A stretch of 64,000 nucleotides of DNA from an uncultured Campylobacterales bacterium (lineage in GTDB: Bacteria; Campylobacterota; Campylobacteria; Campylobacterales; QNZT01): the NCBI GenBank assembly GCA_964622255.1, contig CAZUPK010000098.1, forward strand, positions 24,569 to 88,568, in the 5' to 3' direction. The notes under the pieces were generated by a model, which was given only the letters and a program-made list of their open reading frames with translations, ran no database searches and had not been told where the DNA came from. The position numbers and the translations under genes were made by a program. Positions within the stretch are counted from its first letter, which is position 1. Every line of letters starts with the position of its first letter. Shown here in pieces: positions 57,829 to 64,000 of the stretch.

Positions 57829-59514
57829 TTAAGCCCACTCACAATAGAGCAACTCAAATCCTCTAAATATAACAATGATAGATTTATCTATCTTAAACTT
57901 TGAGGTTTGTTTATATTTTTCTATCTGTTTTATTGCCTGGTTTACGGCACTATTTAGTTTTGTCTTATCTATACTATCGCTTTGTTTAAAAAATTTAAAC
58001 TCTATAAGTATATTTGGTATATTATCTTTTATATTTGGAGCTTTTAGTAGCAAAATATCGCTATATCCTTTATTTAACTCCATTTCACTGATACTTGCAT
58101 ACAATCTGTTTAATGAAAAATATGTCATATAAAACATCTTTATATCACTCTCAAGCGATATAAGATCTCTTATAGAAGTTGTTTCATCTAAGATTTTTGC
58201 AAGGTATTTAAATAACTCTAATGAGTTATCATAAGCCAAATCATAAATCAAATCACTAAATATTTGGATATTTAAGTTTAATGTATCTGTTTCACTTAAC
58301 ATTGTATTTAAAAACTCTGCCATTATTACTCTGATAGTTTGATTTGGTATATGTAGTTTTATTTTACCCCTTTTTACTCCATCTATGCTAATAAGTCCAA
58401 GATAATACAAAAGTGATATAAAGTTTTCCTGTTTTAGCAATTCATATGAGGAAAAACTATCTTTTATAGTATCTACCAATATATAATTTTGAGCAAATAG
58501 AGTTTTTAAAACATTGAAGTTACCGTTTAGTTTATTGTTGGTATGAACAAGATACTTTAGTTTGGAATAATCAGTTCGGACATTTATATCTATGAGGTTA
58601 TCTGGTTCATCTTTAGTAATTTTTAACTTATCTATATAGTATAAAACCATATCTGTATTGTAGATAGTATTTGTTCTTTTTTTATTAAATTTATAATTGT
58701 TATACCATTTTTTGATATTTTCTTTTTTTGATTCATAAAAACTTTGAAGTTTATAGTATTTAATCATATCTTCAAATTCACTCTCAGTAATTCCAAGCAT
58801 ATCGTTAAAATGGTATTCATTTGTGATATTTTTACCTATATTGCTCCCACTTGTTACATCAAATAGTGCAAGTGGAGATACACCGGTAAAAAACATCTTT
58901 TTCAAAAGGGAATCATTTTCATTCGTCAAAGCTTTTAATAGTTTGAAAAACTCTTTATAAACTGCTTCAGTTGAGCTTACAAGTTTGTTGTATTGTTTTT
59001 TATCATTCATTAAAAGGTCGTTCATAAAATTATCATATTCATCTATAAGAACATATATCTTGGTATCGGGATGAGTTTGTTTTAAAGTTTTCAATACTTT
59101 ATTTAAATTATTATGAGTTGGAATATTAAAATCAAAATCAACATTAAAACCATACATGTCAAGAAAATTTTTTATTTGAATATTGCAGTAGTAACTAAAA
59201 TTTTCATCAACATTCCCTTTGGTTGAAACGGCACTAAAATCAAATTTTAAAATACAAAAGCTATTTTTTAGTTTTGTGGGGTTTTTATATATATAGCAAT
59301 CTTTTAAAAGTTCGAAATCTTTTTCATATATTTTATTATAATAAAAATCAAGCATATTTAAAAACAGACTTTTTCCAAACCTTCTAGGACGAATAAGATA
59401 TAAAAAATTCCCATATTCTTCTATAAGAGGTATATAATTTGTTTTATCAACATAGTAATAACCCTCTTTTAAAACCCTTTTAAAATCACTAAGTCCATAA
59501 GGGATTGGTTTCAT
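57829..59514 (-). CDS. AAA-ATPase-like domain protein with C-terminal PD-(D/E)XK nuclease domain
   Basis: N-terminus GLSDFKRV....YYYVDKT..I......G.FLYLIRPRRFGKSL is typical of the predicted AAA-ATPase family. The C-terminus has YSDILLL....NILIEFKF (D..E.K nuclease core). Confidence 0.7.
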   Translation of the reverse strand: MKPIPYGLSDFKRVLKEGYYYVDKTNYIPLIEEYGNFLYLIRPRRFGKSLFLNMLDFYYNKIYEKDFELLKDCYIYKNPTKLKNSFCILKFDFSAVSTKGNVDENFSYYCNIQIKNFLDMYGFNVDFDFNIPTHNNLNKVLKTLKQTHPDTKIYVLIDEYDNFMNDLLMNDKKQYNKLVSSTEAVYKEFFKLLKALTNENDSLLKKMFFTGVSPLALFDVTSGSNIGKNITNEYHFNDMLGITESEFEDMIKYYKLQSFYESKKENIKKWYNNYKFNKKRTNTIYNTDMVLYYIDKLKITKDEPDNLIDINVRTDYSKLKYLVHTNNKLNGNFNVLKTLFAQNYILVDTIKDSFSSYELLKQENFISLLYYLGLISIDGVKRGKIKLHIPNQTIRVIMAEFLNTMLSETDTLNLNIQIFSDLIYDLAYDNSLELFKYLAKILDETTSIRDLISLESDIKMFYMTYFSLNRLYASISEMELNKGYSDILLLKAPNIKDNIPNILIEFKFFKQSDSIDKTKLNSAVNQAIKQIEKYKQTSKFKIDKSIIVIFRGFELLYCEWA

Positions 59515-59546
59515 CCATATCCTTTGGTTATTTAAGAATTATTTTA

Positions 59547-60542
59547 TCATAAAAGTAATAAAGATCTAAAATCAAAACCTTTTTTAACCGCTATTCTAAC
59601 AAAACTATCATCTAAAAAGTCAAAGTTTGAACAATCTCTTATCATAATGCACCTCTTTTGGACTCTTTTTTGAAACTCTTTTGCCGTTAAGTCTTTTAGT
59701 TTTACCAAAACAAAATTTGCCGATGAGGGATATATCTTTTTAACAAAACTTAAACTTTCTAAACTTTTTAAAAGTCTTTTTTTAGCCTTTTTGTTTTCTT
59801 TAAAAGTTCTTTTTATAAAGCTCTTATCTTTTAAAGCCTCTAAAATATAGTTTTTATCAAACTCGGAGATTTTCCATAAAGGCTCATACTTTTTTAGTTT
59901 TTTTATATTTTTTTTATTTGAGATGATGATACCAACTCTAACTCCCGCACTTGAGTAAAACTTTGTGAGTGATTTTAGGATATAGAGCTTTTTATAACTT
60001 TTTAAAAAAGATACCGCACTCTTGCAGTTTTTGCAAAACTCTAAAAAACTCTCATCAACTAAAACGGTGGCTTTTTTTTTCTTCCAAAGTTTAAAAAGTT
60101 TTTTTAGTTTATAGTATCTACCATCCGGAGTTGAAGGATTTACAAAGATAACAAGAGAGTTTTTGGGTATATCTTCATAGAGATTTTTAAACCTATCTAT
60201 CAAAACAACCTCTTTTTTAAAAAGTTTTGATGCTCTTTTATACTCCAAATATGCAGGAGAATAAATAACAACCTTTTTACTTTTAACTCTACTAAAAAAA
60301 GAGTATATGGCTGAAGTTGCACCGTTAAAGAGTTCTATTTGAGACTTTTTTACTTTAAATTTTTTTGATAAAGCTTTATAGAGTTTGTCATAGTTTGGAT
60401 ATGAAAAGATAGAAAGATTGTTAAAATCTTTTTTTATTTTTGGCTTTATGAAGTTTATATTTGAAGAGAGATCCAAAACCTCTTTACACCCTGTTTTTTC
60501 TTTAAAAGTTGTTATATCGCCTCCGTGAGAGTAGGTTTTCAT
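59547..60542 (-). CDS. cobD: L-threonine-O-3-phosphate decarboxylase (class I/II aminotransferase fold)
   Basis: N-terminal HGGD, NPSTPDG, and an SLTKFY.SAGVR lysine motif. Lies in a cobalamin gene context. Confidence 0.7.
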   Translation of the reverse strand: MKTYSHGGDITTFKEKTGCKEVLDLSSNINFIKPKIKKDFNNLSIFSYPNYDKLYKALSKKFKVKKSQIELFNGATSAIYSFFSRVKSKKVVIYSPAYLEYKRASKLFKKEVVLIDRFKNLYEDIPKNSLVIFVNPSTPDGRYYKLKKLFKLWKKKKATVLVDESFLEFCKNCKSAVSFLKSYKKLYILKSLTKFYSSAGVRVGIIISNKKNIKKLKKYEPLWKISEFDKNYILEALKDKSFIKRTFKENKKAKKRLLKSLESLSFVKKIYPSSANFVLVKLKDLTAKEFQKRVQKRCIMIRDCSNFDFLDDSFVRIAVKKGFDFRSLLLL

Positions 60543-60816
60543 AAGTTTATACCATCTTTAAAAAAATTTATCATATCTACAATCATTTGTTATTTTTATC
60601 TTCCAAAAATGAGATGCTTTATACTCAAATGAGGTACTCATCTCTTAAAAGTAGGGAAATATCGGTTATATACTTGCTATTTCTTACTTTGATGATATTA
60701 TAGCAAATATTCAAAAAATTAGCAATACCTTTTTCAATTCATCCCTGTCTTAGAGAACGGAGTTTTCTTGAAAAAATTGTGATAAAGCTAAGATTATTGT
60801 TTAGAAGTTCCCTATA

Positions 60817-61722
60817 TTAAATCTTATTTTCTTTCATAATAAAATCAACCATTTTTTCAAGATAAACATCGTGTTTTCTATCTTTTATATAACCTACATA
60901 GAAATTTCTTTTAAATCTTAGCCCCTTTATTTTAGCACAAAAAAGTCTGCCCGCTTCAACTTCATCCTCTATAGCAACCTTAGAAATGATAGCGACAGTT
61001 TGTTTATCTTCTAAACTTTTAGAAGCCCTCAAAACGGTTTGAACAAGTGCAGTTGCGGAGGTAACTGTTGAGGCTACATCAAAAGCTTTGCACTCTAGTC
61101 CTGCTTCATCAAAAGTATCTGCTATAACTTTTCTAGTATGTGACTCTTCATCTCTACAAACCCAGTTAAAATTTACTAAGTCATCGGGATTTACATATCT
61201 TGGTAGAGGTTGATTTGAGAAGATTACAAACTCATCTTCAAGCCACTCTCTATAGATGATACCATCTTTAAAGATGGGTGATTCTATCAAAGCTAGATCT
61301 ATCTTTTTATTTAAAAGTTCCTCCAAGACCTTCTCCGAAAGATCTATCTGAACTAAAACATCGTTTTCTATAACTTTTTTGGCTCCATTTAAAAAACTTG
61401 GTAACACATAGTTTCCTATGGTAAATGATGCTCCTATAACAAAGGTAAGCTCTTTATTCATAATCTTTATGATCTCTTTTTCAACATTACTTATACACTT
61501 ATTTAGTCTTAGAGCAACTCTGTAAAGCTCTTCACCACTTTTTGTAAGAGTAATACCGTTTTTCTTTCTCTCTATTATCCTGGTATCTAAAAAATCTTCA
61601 AGCCATTTTATCTGTTGAGTAACAGCCGGCTGTGATATACCCAACCTTTTAGAAGCTTTTGAAAAACTTTTTTCTTTGACTATCGCCAAAAAAGTTTCTA
61701 ATTTTGCAAAATCTTTTAACAT
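60817..61722 (-). CDS. LysR-family transcriptional regulator
   Basis: N-terminal HTH SFSKASKRLGISQPAVTQQIKWLE plus a LysR substrate-binding domain. Confidence 0.85.
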   Translation of the reverse strand: MLKDFAKLETFLAIVKEKSFSKASKRLGISQPAVTQQIKWLEDFLDTRIIERKKNGITLTKSGEELYRVALRLNKCISNVEKEIIKIMNKELTFVIGASFTIGNYVLPSFLNGAKKVIENDVLVQIDLSEKVLEELLNKKIDLALIESPIFKDGIIYREWLEDEFVIFSNQPLPRYVNPDDLVNFNWVCRDEESHTRKVIADTFDEAGLECKAFDVASTVTSATALVQTVLRASKSLEDKQTVAIISKVAIEDEVEAGRLFCAKIKGLRFKRNFYVGYIKDRKHDVYLEKMVDFIMKENKI

Positions 61723-61732
61723 AAGACACCTT

Positions 61733-61754
61733 TATAATTTGTGTTCTAATTATA
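61733..61754. promoter_or_regulatory. AT-rich inverted repeat TATAATT-N8-AATTATA directly upstream of the LysR gene
   Basis: Read directly. It resembles a LysR-type dyad, but the sequence is low-complexity AT. Confidence 0.25.
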
Positions 61755-61893
61755 ACAAAAAATAATAAAATAAAGATAAATATAGTTTTACCTAATACTC
61801 TTACACAACACCCCTATATCTTGTTTTATCATATGGAAATTTAATCTCTTTTTTTCTTGTTCAGTTTTTGGGAAGAAGCATAGTCAATAAAAA

Positions 61894-62679
61894 TCAATTA
61901 CCAAATACTATATCAAAGACACTTTTGTGTGAGATTTCACTAAGTCTTATGCTGAAGTTTTTTATACGGGATTTTATGATAGAGTTTGCTTTTTGGGGCA
62001 TTACATCTAAAAGTAAAAAGTATATCTCATTTCTCTTTTTATCTATGTAGATACCATCTTTTTCTCTTAGTATTTTTTTTAGGTTATATTTTGATATATC
62101 CATATCACTTTCATATGTATATCTTAAACTTGTGAAACAAACTCTCTTTTTTATAAGTTCATCAATCCTTTTTTCAAACTCATTTTGTTCATATATAATA
62201 TCAATAGGTTTAATATTTTGAAGTCTTTTTGAGTAAAAGGCATTCATAAGCTCTTTTTGGATTTCAAAGATATACTCTTCTAAGTCACTATCAAGTTTTA
62301 TAACTTTACTTACCCCTTGAAGATACTCTTCCAAAAGGTCTAACTTTCTATAGTTAGAGCTATCAACTATGTGGATAAATTTACAATTTAGATGTCTATT
62401 TATGATATTTTCTAAAAGCATATTTTCGAGTTTTTTATTATTTTTATTGTATAAAACAATATCCATTTGGGAGAGTATTGTTAGATCTGTATCATAAGGA
62501 TCACCCATAGTATAGTAGTTGATTCCATCTATATCATTGAAAATAAAATAATTTAACTTTTTCATATCATCATTGTCGCTAAGCAAAACGATATTTAACT
62601 CTTTATCTACATTGTTATCAAGCAAAGACAGCTCTATTAGCAAATCATCTATCCTATTTTTTGTTACAACATCATCCAT
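61894..62679 (-). CDS. hypothetical protein (261 aa)
   Basis: Intact ORF divergent from moxR. The C-terminal segment LREKDGIYIDKKRNEIYFLLLDV..A..I faintly resembles the degenerate GGDEF-like core seen at 24935-25420. Confidence 0.35.
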   Translation of the reverse strand: MDDVVTKNRIDDLLIELSLLDNNVDKELNIVLLSDNDDMKKLNYFIFNDIDGINYYTMGDPYDTDLTILSQMDIVLYNKNNKKLENMLLENIINRHLNCKFIHIVDSSNYRKLDLLEEYLQGVSKVIKLDSDLEEYIFEIQKELMNAFYSKRLQNIKPIDIIYEQNEFEKRIDELIKKRVCFTSLRYTYESDMDISKYNLKKILREKDGIYIDKKRNEIYFLLLDVMPQKANSIIKSRIKNFSIRLSEISHKSVFDIVFGN

Positions 62680-62780
62680 AAATTTTCCCTATTTTGCAAT
62701 TTGCTGTAACTAAATCGACATTTTTTTATCTTTCTTTAATATCTTTCGATAAAATCCATAAAAACATAAAGGGAGATATT

Positions 62781-63716
62781 ATGGCCAATCTACTTTTAAG
62801 AATAAAAGATGAGATATCAAAATCTATCATAGGACAAGAAAAGATGATAGACTCACTTTTGATAGCACTTATATGTGATGGCCATATACTTTTAGAGGGA
62901 CTTCCAGGATTTGCAAAAACTACTACCGTAAATGTTTTGGCAAAAACTTTAGGATTGGAGTTTAAAAGAGTTCAATTTACTCCCGATCTCTTACCATCAG
63001 ACATCATAGGTAGTGAGATATATGATATCAAAACCTCAGAGTTTAAGATAAAAAAAGGACCCATCTTTACAAATCTTCTCTTAGCCGATGAGATAAATAG
63101 AGCTCCTGCTAAAGTTCAATCAGCTCTTTTAGAAGCTATGGCTGAAAAACAGGTAACTATAGGGGATACTACTTTTAAACTAGAATCTCCTTTTTTAACT
63201 CTTGCTACACAAAATCCCATAGAACAAGAGGGAGCTTACAACCTTCCAGAAGCTCAGCTTGATAGATTTATGTTAAAAGTTGTGGTTGAGTATAACACGA
63301 AGGAGCAAGAAAAACAAATCATAGATCTCATAACAAAAACAAGAGTGTATCAAACAAAGCAGATAGCAGACTTAGAAAAATTACAAAAAACAAAAGAAGC
63401 TGTAGAAAGAGTCCATATAGATGAAGAGTTAAAAGAGTATATAGTAAAACTTATTTTTGCAACAAGAGAGCCTAGTGAAACTCTAAAAAACTATATAGAT
63501 TTTGGAGCAAGTCCAAGAGCTTCTATAGCACTCTATAAAGCATCAAAAGCTTATGCATACTTACAAAAAAGAGATTATGTAACTCCTGTGGATATAGCGA
63601 TTATGGCGAAAGATGTTTTAAGACATCGTATCATCTTAAGCTATGATGCCATAGCAGAAGATAAAACAAGTGAAGAGATTATAAATATGATACTTGAGGA
63701 AGTTTTACTACCTTGA
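62781..63716 (+). CDS. moxR: MoxR-family AAA+ ATPase (start trimmed to MANLLL)
   Basis: Walker A GLPGFAKT, Walker B LLADEINRA, and NP.E.EG.Y.LPEAQLDRF. AAGGGAG RBS lies before the ATG at 62781. Confidence 0.85.
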   Translation: MANLLLRIKDEISKSIIGQEKMIDSLLIALICDGHILLEGLPGFAKTTTVNVLAKTLGLEFKRVQFTPDLLPSDIIGSEIYDIKTSEFKIKKGPIFTNLLLADEINRAPAKVQSALLEAMAEKQVTIGDTTFKLESPFLTLATQNPIEQEGAYNLPEAQLDRFMLKVVVEYNTKEQEKQIIDLITKTRVYQTKQIADLEKLQKTKEAVERVHIDEELKEYIVKLIFATREPSETLKNYIDFGASPRASIALYKASKAYAYLQKRDYVTPVDIAIMAKDVLRHRIILSYDAIAEDKTSEEIINMILEEVLLP

Positions 63717-64000
63717 AAACAAAAGCAAAAAATCTCGTCATAAGAACAAAAAGAGCGGTTTTTAGCGAATACTTAGCAAATCATTCTAGCATATTTGATG
63801 GGGATGGGCTTGATTTTAGCGAGTTAAGAGAGTATGTTAGTGGGGATGACGCGAAACGAATAGATCATAAAACAAGTGCTAAAAAGCAAAAACCATATAT
63901 GAAAGTGTATAAAAGTGAAAGAGAGTTAAATATAGCAGTCTTTTTACTTCTAAGTGGTAGTGTTTACTTTGGAACAAAAGTGCAAAAACAAGAACTTATT
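63713..64000 (+). CDS. DUF58-family protein, N-terminal part (continues beyond window end)
   Basis: Frame open from the TTG at 63713 (4-nt overlap with the moxR stop) to 64000. DGDGLDFSELREYVSGDDAKRIDHKTSAK matches the DUF58 core (G.G.eF...ReY..GDd.r.IdWk.sAr). Confidence 0.7.
   Translation, partial: MKTKAKNLVIRTKRAVFSEYLANHSSIFDGDGLDFSELREYVSGDDAKRIDHKTSAKKQKPYMKVYKSERELNIAVFLLLSGSVYFGTKVQKQELI

Overview
This is a visibly AT-rich chromosomal segment, almost fully coding, that reads as core genome of a Campylobacterota (epsilonproteobacterial) organism. Gene order matches what I recall from Campylobacter and Helicobacter: pyrH-rpoZ-spoT-tyrS, peb4-like-fba, icd-mdh-sucCD-oorDABC, and ispDF next to an HP1021/Cj1608-type atypical response regulator.

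Main blocks:
- 1-10.1 kb, minus strand: a partial transaldolase-like gene, then a ten-gene complex I-like operon (nuoA-B-CD-H-I-J-K-L-M-N) with no NuoE/F/G module.
- 10-26 kb, minus strand: housekeeping genes, including pgpA, an ATP-sulfurylase-like gene, the atypical regulator, ispDF, cobS, amiA, tyrS, spoT, rpoZ, pyrH, purU and kdsB. They are interrupted at 15.8-17.1 kb by about 450 nt of structured non-coding DNA (G8 hairpin, decayed tRNA-like element) and two unknown genes.
- 26-36 kb, plus strand: trpC, TRAP dctQM, an orphan hypA, a small Cys-rich exported protein, trpD, tsaE, lptB and rpoN.
- 36.5-49.9 kb: a TCA-cycle super-cluster (acnB, icd, mdh, class I fumarase, sucCD, oorDABC).
- 50-64 kb: an orphan histidine kinase, peb4-like-fba, pheA, late cobalamin genes (cbiB, cobQ, cobD) split by an AAA-ATPase/PD-(D/E)XK gene, a LysR regulator, and the start of a MoxR-DUF58 operon.

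I found no rRNA, no intact tRNA, no CRISPR array and no transposase.

The best candidate for something new is the complex I-like enzyme. It lacks the NADH-oxidising module. By my by-eye alignment its NuoD module also lacks both canonical quinone-headgroup ligands and carries Cys at two ancestral NiFe-ligand positions.

All functional calls come from motif and synteny recognition by eye. No database search or computation was run.
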